A DNA stretch of 64,000 nucleotides, taken from contig OZ024743.1 in NCBI GenBank assembly GCA_964016885.1, positions 23,436,001 through 23,500,000 of the forward strand, given 5' to 3'. The DNA is from Eledone cirrhosa (Eukaryota). The position numbers and the translations under genes are program-made. Under the pieces are notes generated by a model. The model did not search any database. It saw only the letters and a program-made list of their open reading frames with translations, and had not been told where the DNA came from. Below, piece by piece: positions 50,830 to 64,000 of this stretch (its first letter is position 1; each line of letters starts with the position of its first letter).

Positions 50830-52980
50830 TATAGCGAAAACTGGGTTGTATGAATGTAACAAAATAGACATGGTTTGTGTGTATAATATTTAATCAACAA
50901 TTTAACAGTATAGTTGACATGTCAATGAATAAACGAAAGAATGAAGCAAAGTTAGTAGTTACCGTTTTGATTGCCAGGCAAACGCGGCTGGCAGAAGACG
51001 CCTGGTGATGGCCAGGCGCCGGAAGGGCAAATGAGAGAGTGTTAACTTAAAGTTGTTAGTTTTATAGGGTTCTGACCGGAAGTTACAGAAAGGGTTCTAC
51101 TTCCTGTCTAGATGGTGTTAATCTATTGGGGTTGTGAGTGTCACAACCAGGGAGACAACTCCTGCTACATAACCTCCCGCCAGAATTTTAGAATATAAAA
51201 ATCGAATGAAATATGTATGCAGCAGGTTGGCAAGAATGTTGTAACAGGCATGAAAATTACGACACAAAAAATTATGTTTGCAAAAATCAATGATAGATAT
51301 CAAGGTAGCCACCCGCTCTTGGCCAGAGAACGACTGGACATCTATCTATCCATCACCCAAAGATACAATGTAATAAAGTAAGAGAAGAGCTCAAAGTTCA
51401 AATGTACAAAATATAGTTCACAGGTGTGCAATCACATGACAGCAGGAAAGAAAGTGTGTTCCAGAGAATGAATGCAGGTGGTTTCTGTTCTGTGGTATAT
51501 CGTGAAATTTCCAACCTCCGAATGGATTTTCTCACAGGAAGAGTGCTGCAAAAATAAATTCTCTGGCTTGTTCTGCTGGTTTTGGTTGTTGGTGAAGCTG
51601 TGTTACTGTTGATGTTGTTGTCTCGCGGAGTGAGCGTATTCGGTGTTTAAATTCACAGTAAAAAAAAAATTTTTCGGAGAAAATGAGTTGCGCAAAGTGC
51701 TAGAAATAACAGCCGAAGTTGATGGTCGATGTTGAGAATGCGTTGACCTGGAATGGTCAAGAGGCCAGCGACCAAAGAAATAAGCATTCTGAATAAATAC
51801 GCAGTCTTCAACGGCAAATTTACGTGGCAAATTTTTAAACCGGCAAATAGGAGAATATAGCTTAAGGCTGAAGAATCCTTGGCGAGAAACGTTATCTCTG
51901 GCGTGCGGCTATCTCTGTGAGTCGAGATATCTCCGTGAGTTGAGAATTTGTGCTGCCTACACGTGCCAATACAAGGTTAAGTTATGTTGAAAAAAATAAT
52001 ATTTCTAACGCGCGAGAAAATGAAAGTGCAACAGGTCGTTGGCAGCAATTTTGAAAAAAATGTGTGTGTGAAAGTGACAATGATGAAAAAGAAAGGCTTC
52101 ACTTAGCATAATTATTGGTGTGAACTTTGAAAAAAAACTTGAACGATGAAGAAAACGATGAAAATAAAAAAGGCAATGGTTCATCGAAAATAAATGTTCC
52201 TGTTGAAATGTTTTTAAAAAAAAAAAATATCAAATTTCTTTTTTTGTTTTGAAAGTGTTCGTTGTAAGAAACGAGAAACATATATATATATATCGTGAAA
52301 TGCGACAGTTAGTTGATGCGTGAAAGAAAAAGTCTGTCTGAACGCGAATTTCACATGTGCGTGGTGTGTTCGTTTCTTGGAGAAACATATATATATATAC
52401 AGCAAACTGCGACAGTTAGTGGATGCGTGAGGGAAAAAGAGTGTCTGCACGAAATTTTTACATGTGCGTGTGTGCGTTTCTTTGACTGAGTATTTTCATA
52501 GTTTGTCAATAAATTTGCTGTGTATTCGTAATGTTACTCACACAACACCAGATTCTGCTATTTTTTTTTTTTGGGGGGGGGGGGGGTGACTACTTATAAC
52601 AATGAACGGCTGCGTGTTCGTATCACGTCAGGGTTACCAATATAGCGGAAAACTGGGTTGTATGAATGTAACAAGGAGACATGGTTTGTGTGTATAATAT
52701 TTAATCAACAATTTAACAGTATAGTTGACATGTCAATGAATAAACGAAAGAATTAGGCAAAGTTAGTAGTTACCGTTTTGATTGCCAGGCAAACGCGGCT
52801 GGCAGAAGACGCCTGGTGATGGCCAGGCGCCGGAAGGGCAAATGAGAGAGTGTTAACTTAAAGTTGTTAGTTTTATAGGGTTCTGACCGGAAGTTACAGA
52901 AAGGGTTCTACTTCCTGTCTAGATGGTGTTAATCTATTGGGGTTGTGAGTGTCACAACCAAGGAGACAACTCCTGCTACA
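50830..52980 (-). mobile_element. Non-autonomous Gypsy-type LTR element
   Basis: 340-bp LTRs at 50830-51169 and 52641-52980; TSD CTAC; PBS TGGTAACCCTGACGTGAT (52622-52639, tRNA-Trp-like); PPT GGCGGGAGG; no internal ORF. Confidence 0.92.
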
Positions 52981-53204
52981 CTACCATCACAAATATCAAA
53001 GTAGTTAGAACGTCGGATAGACCGTTTTACCGTATTTGTTCCGACTCTGCGTTCTGAGGTAAACTTTGCCTTTCGTCCTTTCGAGGTCGATAAAAAAAAA
53101 AATATATGGACCAACAAAGAAAATTTCTTTTTCCTTTAGAAAATCGGATACCTAAATGACAGGGAGAGGTGGAAGAGACAGGTAAAGTAAGATATATATT
53201 AAAA

Positions 53205-53640
53205 AATAGGGGGATTGTCCGGCCGCTTCCTCTTCACACCGCTAACTGTCGAGACCTCAGGAGTACTTGGACCCCGTACAGTCGAGCTCCTCCTGAAGAT
53301 CGGAACGTCGGCGGCCCGTCTGAGGAAGGAGCCCCGCGAGGTGGGAAGGTTGTTGCAGCGGGTGTCGCTGACATTATCCACGAGAATGATTATGCGGTAT
53401 TGTCCGCGGGGCGCAGCCCCACTTACCGCCACGCCCTAGACCCAGAGCCCAATCATCCTTCCCTTTCCCCCTCCCATTCTGTGATACTACAGTCCTTGCC
53501 ATTCTCTCTCTTTTCCGTTTTTTTTTATATTTTTTTATATTTTCCTATTTCACATTCCATTCTTTCTTCTCAATCTATTTTTTTTTTCTTTTTCTATTAA
53601 ACTGTATTTACATATGTTCCATAAATAAAATTATAAACTT
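53205..53640 (+). mobile_element. CRE-like LINE 3' fragment
   Basis: FTPLTVETSGVLGP..LLKIG..EPRE..LLQRVSL, then a pyrimidine-rich UTR and AATAAA. Confidence 0.7.
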
Positions 53641-56060
53641 ATTATAAAAATGGTGGGGGGGGGGGTAAAGAATAAAAAATCAATAAATAAATAAAAAATA
53701 ACGGAAGAATTGAATGAATAAATAAATATATAAGAATAAAAACAGTAAAGGAAATAAATGAATAAATATTATTACAGTGTACAATGTTTGATTGAAAGGC
53801 AAAGTTAATGATAGAGTTGGATACTTTTTCCCTCTCTCCTCTCCTCTCTTTATCCCCGCTCACTCGTGGCTCTCCGATCGAACGGCTATCAAGCTACACC
53901 ACGTGATAGAAGATTTCCTTTCGGCGCGTCTGAAATGAGAACATTGTGGTATACTAATTCATCTCCTTCAGTGAACTTTTATGGAAAAAAAAATTTGCAC
54001 CAGAATAATCCTTCGTTCTGTTTTTATAGATTAATTCTTCTTGACTGCTAGAGTCGCCTCCCTGAGAGTTTCTCGCTTTGAGAAAGTTTTCTCCCTTTGT
54101 ATGTTTTTTTGTTGTTGTTTTTTTCTGTTATTTGTATGGCGTTAAATCTCCCTAAGTCAAACCCCTTGTCTTCGTCATGGGAGATGAAAACAGAACAGAT
54201 ATGATGCCGGCTTATCGCACTCTCATTAAACGTGGAGAACTAATCACCCCCTTGTGAGTCCAAATTAATTACGATGACTATCCACTCAAATCTATCCCTC
54301 AGACAGGCAAACACTCTTAGTGGGTCTCCTACTGTGACAAGTTGTATAATGGTGATAGATAAACCTGATGATGGATGAAACTTATATCTGATGAACAATA
54401 ACAAACATTGCTTCTTAAATAATTTACATTAAGAAAATAACTCATATCGAAGCTATTGTTGACAGTACAGGGAAACAAGGGACCAAGTGAATAGTGTGTT
54501 GTGTTTGTGTGGTTAGTTGGGGTGAATGCATTGAACTAACCTTTATCGAGATACCAACCCTGCTGATAAGGTTGAAGTGTTTGACTAAGCACTACATCCC
54601 TCTTCCAGCTAGAGCAACTCCTTCCAAGAAACGAGAGTGGAATGGCTTTAAGAAAATTTAATCTCAAATAACCCCAAGATGGTCAGTTTCTCCACACTAC
54701 TGGCACTAACCCAAGACAAAAAAATGCAGATCTACCTAAGAAGTAGTATATTGCTTAAGTTTGGCATGGAGGAAAGAAAATGGTTGAGCACTATAACTTC
54801 AACAAACGTGAAATGTTATAAGAGGTTGGGTATTGAATCAGATAAAAAATAACAGCTGGAAATTGAACACAGAAACTATGCCTAAATATTCAACTTGATT
54901 TTCATTGTTTCACCAATTCTAGTCTAATAATTGAAACTACAAATGAAACCATTAATAAACAAACTTTTTTGTTTTGGGAAAATACATGTTAAAATAACAG
55001 ATGAAAATAACAAACACCACATTTTCTGCTGAATAACATCCCATTTACCCTCTGCAGATAAAATGCCAAAAGTGTTGCCACAAAGAACAGTCAGCAATAT
55101 CTGCTATATAAGCTATTCTGCCTCATGGTGGCTCTTCCCTCAGGTATGATGAACACATCTCTATTTAACTGAGGAACGTAGAAGTTTCGGGACTGAAGAC
55201 ATAGATTTCAACTGTGACCACTGTCAGTCATCTTTTGCAACTCTATATTGTAGGAAGCAGCTTCTGGGTTCATGTGTCACAGCATGTAACATCTCAGATG
55301 AGTAAATTTCTATACTTGAATGGGAAAAGGGTTATCTCATTTGGGTCCCAACCACTTCTGGTCAAAGCTAACAGGCTCCAGTTTTAATAGGAAACCAACA
55401 GCATTAAGGTCCCTTTTAATATATATTGTTCACTGTGGCATTGCAATGGAAAAGTTGTCAAATTGATTTGACATGAGAATAGATGCAGTAATTCCACAGT
55501 GGTATTTATGTGGCTCACACATGTGAAAACTGATGCAAGGGGTATATGAGGATGTATATGCACTCATTATAAAGAAGGGTGTTGGTCAATAAAAAGAATA
55601 CTGTGAAAATATTCACTGCTTATTTCTTTCTAAAACTAACAAATTCAAAAACATTGTAGATATAATCATTCCATGTTTTATTCAGACAGTGTTATCTAGG
55701 AATCTATAAACCAGCATTTCTACCCTTTTAAAGGTGGTAGGCAATAATTTGAAAGAGATTTAGATACTAATTCTTGCAGGTCAAGCAACCAAGCAAAGGC
55801 TATTTTGTTGGCCTTTGGTGTTAATAGTAAATAGATTAACGCCAAAATAATTTGATCCTACCAATACATTTTTTACATATAACCTCAGTTACAAAGGAAA
55901 GAAAATCAAAATAAAATTGTTTTTTAATAGAAGCAATATTTTATTTTAACCAAAGCTACATGAATAAATAATAAAAACACTGACACTTCAGTTCTAATAA
56001 CTAATGTCATTCATTTCAGATTATTTTCAAATTTTATATGAAAGTGTCTGAATAGCTTAA

Positions 56061-56494
56061 CCGTTTAGCATTTAAACTAACCGTATCCGGCCAGAATTCG
56101 CTCACTTCTTTCTGTTCAAACCGGCCATAACCAGCCACTCATACTGATGTTAAGGTACTGTTCTCAAAATAAATAATATGAAAATCTTATAGATTCAATA
56201 TTATGTGAGATAATTATATGAGGTAAAGGCTTTACCCCAAAAATAGTAAATATAGAGTAATGTAAATATTAGAGAGTTAACCCTTTAGCAATTGCATTGC
56301 TCTACTATTGTATTTTTGTGGTTAAGGCTTTATCTCACATAATTATCTCACATAATGTCGAATTTACGAAATTTTGATGATGACATTATTTATTTTGAGA
56401 TCAATACCTAAACATTGGTATGAGCAGCCAGTTATGGCCAGTTTGAACAGAAAGAAATCAGATAATTCTGGCCAGATCGGCAAATGCGAAAGGG
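56061..56494. mobile_element. piggyBac-like MITE
   Basis: TTAA|ccgtttagcattt ... aaatgcgaaaggg|TTAA; a second copy starts at 63897. Confidence 0.75.
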
Positions 56495-56907
56495 TTAAAA
56501 CATTTCAATAGTTAAAAGCAATGTAAAAATCTATCTGGGACTTCCTTTTATTCAGTTTTTATGTCATTATCATATTGATGGTGTTTGAATTCAACAACAA
56601 AAACACCTTTAATTTAAACAACAGAAATTATCTTAGTATATAAGCAAATTTTAAAAGAAGAAAAACAATCAAATGTAATTAATTGTATGTTTGTAGTTCA
56701 CTTTGTACCATGGTGCCTGTTTTGATAAGCAAAATAAACCAAAGAAGCAAGACCATTCTTTAATGATTCCTTCAAGGCAGAAGCATTTCAATGCATTATT
56801 TGCCATTTCTTCACTTTTATTCCTGTTTTTTATAATCTTCTCATGATTCTTGTTGTTTTTCGTATATTTCACTACATAAGAATAAATGTATCACTGAAAA
56901 TAAAAAA

Positions 56908-57173
56908 CTAGAAAAACAAAAACCTAATCAATGTAATAATATCTGGAATTATAATTATGGCAGTTAAAATAGTGAGGAAAGCGATAGCTAATGCACCCAT
57001 AGCTTGTGATGAAGGTCTGTTATCTGTGGCACTTATTTTCTTGGCAATATACCTCGATGTTTCATTTAAATTTACAATTAGTTCTTTTCGGATCTTTTGC
57101 ATTCGTTTTGCAAGATCTTGGGTTGATTCCACAAAACAAGGGCATGTACATAAAGTTCCATTTTCAGAGGAAT
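56908..57173 (-). CDS. Terminal exon: CTCPC motif, basic helix, SAxDxRPS and transmembrane segment
   Basis: Acceptor ttattcacag|AT, phase 1; SSENGTLCTCPC..KKISATDNRPSSQAMGALAIAFLTILTAIIIIPD..*. Confidence 0.85.
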
Positions 57174-57449
57174 CTGTGAATAAAATATAAATTTCTAACA
57201 TAGAAACAAGGTAACAAAATTTGAAGGAAGGATATAGTTGATTACCAACCCAGTTGATTACATCAACCCAGTACTTGACTACTACAATATTTAACAATCT
57301 TGTAATGATGAAAGGTAAAGTCAAGTCCATTCACAGTTGAACTCAAAGAGTAAAAAAATCACTAAATATCATGCAACATTTTGTTCATAGCTCTATTGAC
57401 TGTGTAAACCTATCTTGGTAATCTTATTATCAGTAGAAGTGGTGGTATT

Positions 57450-57910
57450 AAAACTGCTGTAGCCTGGGTGAGAACAGAGTGGAAGAAGTTCAGGGAGCTA
57501 TTACCTCTACTCATAACAAACGGCTTCTCTCTCAGAGTGAAGAGCAGATTATATGATATGTGTTTGAACTGCAATGCTGCCTGGCAGCAAAATATGGGCC
57601 ATGAGTGCAGATTATTTGTGGTGGCTTACAAAAGATGAGGTATGCATGCTTCACTGGATGTGCAATGTTAGTGTGCATGAATCACAGAGCACAAGTGAAT
57701 TGAGAGAACAAAAGGAATTGAATGTGGTATGCAAGACAGGTGATTGCACTTGTATGGTCATTTGGTATGTCAGGAGAATGAGAATTGTATAAAAAAAGTA
57801 TTGAGCCCTTAAAATAGATGGAGCCTGTATAAGAGAGAAACCAGGGATATGTTGTGAAGAATAACTTCAAGAAATTGAACTTCACAAATTGGATGACACA
57901 GGATTGAGCT
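57450..57910 (+). mobile_element. Decayed RTE LINE fragment in an intron
   Basis: WKKFRELLPLL..FSLRVK, MLHWMCNV, with later frameshifts. Confidence 0.75.
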
Positions 57911-58238
57911 GACTATAATACAAAAGACCTATCCATCAGTACAATTACTACAATAGTAAAAGTTAATAGGGTGATAGACTGGAAGCTATAGTGCTGATGG
58001 CAAACTGCAAGTTCCATGATAAATTCCACCCTGTAAAGTGTTTTGTATTTTGTTGGTGCCTTTATAAAATGCACCCAGTCCACTCTGTAAAGTAGTAGTG
58101 CTGGTGCCATGAAATAATGCACTCAGTACTCTCTATAACTTGGTTAATGTTAGGAAGAGCATCCAGTCATAGAAACCATTGTTTCTCTGGCTGTGACAAT
58201 CCTTCTAACCTATGTCAGTGTGGAAAGTGGAGGTAAAT

Positions 58239-58300
<62 letters not shown>

Positions 58301-59819
58301 GGCTCTATGGTGCTGTATTGATGTTGTGATATAATGTATTTCACTACATGTTTGATAGATTATTTATGTTTAGGGGGTTATGTTTATGCTATTTCATTTA
58401 TATCTTTTGGTGTGTAGTATATGCAGTTATTTGTGAAGTCATGTAACCTAGTGATTAGGGTATTCAGTTCTCATTCATAAGGTTGTGAAGCACTTTATTT
58501 CACATTGCTTAACGTTGTACCTGTAATTTGAAAGACCAACCTTGTCATATTCTGTGTCTTGCTGAATCTCCCTGAGAACAACATTAACGGTGCATGTGTA
58601 AGCAGAATGCTCAACCACTTGCATGTTAATTTCATGAGACAGTTGTTCCATTGATTGTATAAAGTGGAACACTTGTTGTCATAACCAACAGTCTGACAGC
58701 ATACAGTTATCTATGTGTGTCCTATAGGGTTGGTCGTCTGTTTATAGTTAGGTTGTTAGGTTGCATTTGTGAAGGTTGAAGTGTGTGGTTTATGTTTAAT
58801 TGATGATGTAGTACATGTTTATAATGAAAAGATTTAAGTGTTTTCTCTGTATGTGGTTTTTTCATGCATTACAGGTATATGTAACAGAGCTTAGTGAAAT
58901 GCATTCAATCAATCTATCACTATGTATTTGTGGATTCTTATGTCCATACTGTATTGTTAGTGTATGCCATTGAGGTTTAGTGGTCAGTGTATTTATGTGT
59001 AGACCTTCTTGGTAGTGTGTATGGGGTTTCAGGTGTTGGAGTTGGAGTACAATATACAATAAATGTTTAATGTTGTTCTCAGAAAATAATCAGAGAGCAC
59101 AATATCATACAAAATAAATATTTAATTTGTTAAAATTTCCCTTGCAGACAAAGAAGGAAAACAAAAGCTAGAAACAATTGTTTGCAATTTTGAATGAGAA
59201 GGGAAGATTATTTCAAAAATTAAGCATATATATTGACCATTGAATTAGCTTGTGTAAGAGGTTGTGATGTTCCCATTAAAATATAATCTCAAGGTCTCTA
59301 TTCATGGATTCTGTGTATGTCTGTACAGTAATGTGTTTTAACTACATATGAATGATACCAGTGTGCAGAAGATAAAGGAAGAGTGAAGTGTCATGACATC
59401 TTCATAGAATTGTGTATTGTTAGCAGACAGCAAGCAAAATATTAATGGCCAGAAGGAAAGAAGGAAGAGAGGGGAAGATATTGCCAAATGTTGGGGTACA
59501 CAAGTGTTGATAGAATGTGGGTGGGTCATAAACCAGTAGTTTGATACGCATTTGCCCATTTCATCTTATACAGACCTGTCAACTCTCCCCGACCAATGAG
59601 GAGATCTCCCACCCACTTTGGGAGGGGTGAGAGATGTCTTCTTTTGTAAAAATGGCTATAGCTTACTTCATGTAAAATTTCCCCATTTTGCCTCATTTCC
59701 CCCCCGTTCCAGTGCACTTTTTTCCATGGTACTCCCCATTTGGCTTTTTAAAGGTTGGCAAGTCTGTCTTATATATTTTACTTATCTGTTCTATAATATT
59801 ATCATGAATAATTACTTAC

Positions 59820-60344
59820 TCTTTCTAGGTGCAATTAATGATCCATTTATAGCCATTGTTATTTCATTTGTTATTGGTGTCTTAATTGATGATGTTGTTT
59901 GGTTTGCTATTCCTGTTGTTGTAGGTGGTGGTGTTTTTGCTGTTCTGTTCTTTGGTTTTGTACATCCTATGCTTATTTTTGTTGGAAATATTGATTTTGA
60001 TGTTTCTGTTTTGTTTGTTATTGCTGTTGTGTCTATTGTGTCTGCTGTGTCTGTTGATTCTGCTATGTATGTTGTTGCTGTTGATGCTGTTATTGCTGTT
60101 GTGTCTATTGTGTCTGCTCTGTCTGTTGATTCTGCTATGTATGTTGTTGCTGTTGATGCTGTTGTTGCTGTTGTGTCTATTGTGTCTGTTGATTTTGCTA
60201 TGTCTGTTGTTGCTGTTGATGTTGTTGTTGCTGTTGTGTCTATTGTGTCTGATGTGTCTGGTTTTTCTGTTGATGCTGCTGATGTTGCTTTGTCTGTCGT
60301 TGCTGTTGATGTTATTATTGGTGTTATTGATGTTTCTTCATGGC
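59820..60344 (-). CDS. Thr/Ser-rich mucin-like exon (525 nt, phase 1 to 1)
   Basis: aaaacag|GC CAT GAA..AGA AAG A|gtaagt; TTATTASTATTYIAESTD-type repeats; splices in frame to 57173. Confidence 0.85.
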
Positions 60345-61107
60345 CTGTTTTAAAAACATACTATCCTCACAAATTGTTTAATAGAATTAATAAAAACATG
60401 GAATAAAATACTTGAAATAAGATATTTTCATGTGCTATGAGGAGAGATGAGTTGTGACCTTTGAAGGCTGTGAATGAAGTGAAGAAATATCATCTCTTTA
60501 ATGACGGGTCCTATACAAAACTTCCTTCCACTGCACATCAACTTACCTTATTTTATGTATTTTATTAACAAATATACAGAAGAATGTAAAAAGATTCTTA
60601 TGTTTTATGTATTAACACAAGTATATAACTCATTGGACAAACTAAGTAGTATTTGGTTTTTACCAAACAATGTTTATATATATATATATATATATCATCA
60701 TCATCATCATCATCATCAGGTTTAGCGTCCGTTTTCCACGCTTGCATGGGTTTGGACGGGGGTTTTCCCACTTGAGGCAAGAGTGGTTGTCTTGCTCGCA
60801 TAGGACTGTCTGGCGGGTTTTCTACAGTTGGATGCCCTTCCTAACACCAACCACATTTACAGTGTGGGGCTGGGAGGTTTTTACCGTGTTGCCTACACGG
60901 CCACATTTACAGCGTGGACTGTGTGTTTTTTTTGTCGTGACACCTACACGATCTCATTTGTTTCGGCCTGGATGTTGTGGGACCAACATAACTTTACATT
61001 GAAAGGGGCGGTGTGGATGGGGTGGAGGTGGTGGGATGGGGGGGGGGGGGGGGGGGGGGGGGTGTTTTGATAGAGATGCCTACTGACTGTAGTAGGTTTT
61101 TACTTTG

Positions 61108-61213
61108 TATTTAGGTAAGGCGGGTCTTCTCTATTACTGAGTACCGCCAAAGGTCTCGGTCCAGTGACCTTTGGTGGTACTCAGTAATAGAGAAGACCCG
61201 CCTTACCTAAATA
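61108..61213. repeat. Inverted repeat with 48-bp arms
   Basis: 61108-61155 versus 61166-61213, one mismatch; RTE-like C-terminal sequence. Confidence 0.9.
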
Positions 61214-61595
61214 TATATATATGTGTGTGTGTCTGTGTGTGTATATATATGTATGTATATATGTATGCATTGGAATTTCGTATTTCTAAAGAAATACCAC
61301 CAGGTGGCGATAGCCGTCCGTGTTTTTTCATAGCTATGGCTTTCTAAATGTTTATTTATAAGCATACCATATTTCTTAGAAATACGAAATTCCAATACAT
61401 ATCTGTATACAGCTATGCTTGAAACTAAATTTTAACTCTCTCTCTATATATATATATAAACAATAAGTTATTTGGTTTGTTGATTATTCAACAAAGTTAA
61501 TTTTACAACAGATTAGAAGCACTCAACAGTTTATCTGGAGTATCATTAATATCAATAATATTAATAAATGGAAAATATCTTTATAAATCCATATT

Positions 61596-61656
61596 TATTT
61601 TATTATACGTATTTCAAAGGTACTAATATTTAAGTACGCTTTGGTCAGATAAAATA
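61596..61656 (-). ncRNA. Hammerhead of the 10396/33882 family with G8>C change
   Basis: tattttat-CTGACCA-aagcgtact..agtaccttt-GAAA-tacgta-TA-ataaaata. Confidence 0.6.
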
Positions 61657-61690
61657 TAATAATTAGTGTTAAGATAGTGACATATATTCC

Positions 61691-61739
61691 TGTGAACTTA
61701 ATGTTATAAGTTCAGTGAACTTATAACATTAAGTTCACA
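61691..61739. repeat. Perfect palindrome, 24-bp arms, 1-nt spacer
   Basis: tgtgaacttaatgttataagttca-g-tgaacttataacattaagttcaca. Confidence 0.95.
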
Positions 61740-62007
61740 TGAGTTCAGCTCTGAGTTCTTCATCCTCAGTGTATACTGATTAATGTTCAGAGCCATATAT
61801 GTATGTATCTATATATATATATATATAAATATATATAAATATATATATATATATATATCATCATCATCATCATCTTTGTTTAACGTCCATCTTCCATGCT
61901 AGCATGGGTTAGACGGGAGTTGTACCACTTGAGGCAAGGTCGGTCGGGTGACCGTGTCTCGCTCATATAGGACTATGTGGCAGGTTTTCTACGGCTGGAT
62001 GCCATTC

Positions 62008-62259
<252 letters not shown>

Positions 62260-62987
62260 GTATATATATATATAGAGTTAAACAAGATTCAATGATTACA
62301 TCAAAGAATGAGTTTTACAGTAGATTGGAAGCACTCTACAAAAAAAATAATTTTACAAAGTTATTAATATTAAAATATAAATATTAATAAAATAGATGTT
62401 CTTTGAGATTTTTATAGGTAATTTTCGTTAAAGATTACATTTAGGAAAATATTCAACAGTGTAAATTTTCCTTTCGCTGGCCAGGTAAATCCTTTAAATT
62501 TTATCCTCATAAATTCAGAAGTTTAGAAATGTTAACACACATTTATAAAATTTATAAAACTAATAAATATAAATAACCATCAACTTTTAAAAAAACCTAA
62601 AATCTTGATTCTTCACCCTTAAAATAACATAAATTAAATATTTTGAAACTTAACCGTTTAGCTTTTAGGGGAAAAAAATCTCTTTCTGCATATATTACTC
62701 CCCTTTATCTTTCTCTCTCTTTAAATCCTCTTTCAGCGGCCTTCATAAACAGTTATAATTCCTAGATAACCATAACTTGTAGTATCCTACATTTTAAAAT
62801 CTCTATAGCTGTCACATTAACCAACGTTTTTCTTACTCACACATTCTCTATTGAATTTATTACGTTTTCGCATTTTCTCATTATTAGGGTATAAACGTTG
62901 AGGTTTCTCTTAGGTTAATCACTACCTTGATTAAATCTTAACCATTTAACATCTCAGGGTATGTCATGTATCATTATATTTTGTCAG

Positions 62988-63172
62988 GGCGGTGGATTGG
63001 CAGTATCGGTAGAGGGTCAGACACCATGCTTTCCAGCATAGTTACGTCCCTTTACGATCTGAGTTCAAATCCCGCCGAGGTTGACTTTGCCTTTCATCCT
63101 TACGAGGTCGATAAAATAAAGTACCAGTAATGCACTGGGATAATTGATGGCCTTGTGCCAAAAGTAGAAACA
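62988..63172 (+). mobile_element. tRNA-derived SINE with 13-bp TSD
   Basis: attatattttgtc at 62973-62985 and 63173-63185. Confidence 0.9.
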
Positions 63173-63479
63173 ATTATATTTTGTCTGTTGAGGACGTACT
63201 GTTGTACCTCTGAAATATGTATAATAAAATTTAATTGATCAAAAGAACATCTATTTTATTAATATTTGTATTTTAATATATATATATATCATTTTTTCAT
63301 CATTTCATTTTACGTCCGCTTTTTCCCTGCTTGCATGGCTGGGACGGGATACTGACTTGATTTCTACAGCTGGATGCCCTTCCTAACACCAACCTCATTT
63401 ACAGTGAGTGATGGGTGCTTTTTTTTGCCGTGGCACCTCCACGACCACTTTGCAGTGGAATGATATGGACCCCAGTCCC

Positions 63480-63630
63480 TATCATCTCATTTCTACAGCT
63501 GAGTAAACTGGAGCAATGTGAAATAAAGTGTCTTGCTCAAGGAAACAACACATCACCCGGTCTGAGAATTGAACTCACAACCTTTCGATTGCAAGGCCAA
63601 TGCTCTAACCACTAAGCCATGTGCCTCCAT
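63480..63630 (-). mobile_element. Head of a second tRNA-SINE family
   Basis: Minus strand tggcttagtggttagagca (A box) .. gagttcaattc (B box) .. ttgagcaagacacttta. Confidence 0.75.
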
Positions 63631-64000
63631 TGTATGTTTATTATAATATTGATTAACTGGTTATGAAGAGCTTTGAACTTCAACTGTCTGGTAATAACTT
63701 GTTAAGTTTTATCCGTAGTAAGCATCACATCATTTTTTTTATTTTTATTTCAGATATAAAGTATCTAGGACTACATTATTCAATATGTTCTTCCTTTTCT
63801 TGAAAGGCAGATGAAGTATGGTTTGAAGGTGATTTGGCTAATATTTCTAGCAGGTTGAGTAACTATATTGAGGTTCCCTCTTTAGATAAAGATTAACCCT
63901 TTAGCATTTAAACTGGCCATATCCAGCCAGAATTCTCTCACCTCTGTCTGTTCAAACCGGCTGTAACTGGACACTCATACTGATGTTAAGGTATTGTTCT

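Noticed and set aside
54365-54390. CTGATGA-tggat-GAAA
   Set aside because: No stem II and no convincing stems I or III.
59618-60406. 262-aa and 142-aa hydrophobic + strand ORFs
   Set aside because: Antisense of the Thr-rich exon; the splice signals are on the minus strand.

Overview
Repeat-dense, AT-rich animal genomic DNA. The (TA)n/(CA)n load, SINE types and gene family point to a coleoid cephalopod such as Octopus (inference). Host content is sparse: minus-strand exons of one gene encoding a mucin-stalked single-pass membrane protein (56908-60344), and probably of a second secreted or membrane gene (signal-peptide exon 45231-45288, plus exons at 10672-10826 and 5970-6087). The rest is mobile DNA. 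This includes a head-to-tail pair of ~6 kb Tx1/L1-like LINEs separated and flanked by (AAT)n (right copy intact), Penelope-like retroelement (PLE) relics of two lineages, a decayed Helitron, a maT-like Tc1/mariner, a non-coding Gypsy-type LTR element with a tRNA-Trp PBS and 4-bp TSD, RLE-type and RTE LINE fragments, MITEs and SINEs. The main signal missed by the ORF track is about 12 hammerhead-ribozyme motifs from several families, one with compensatory stem I changes, together with recurrent fold-back inverted repeats that mostly abut (TA)n tracts. All structure calls were read by eye, not computed.
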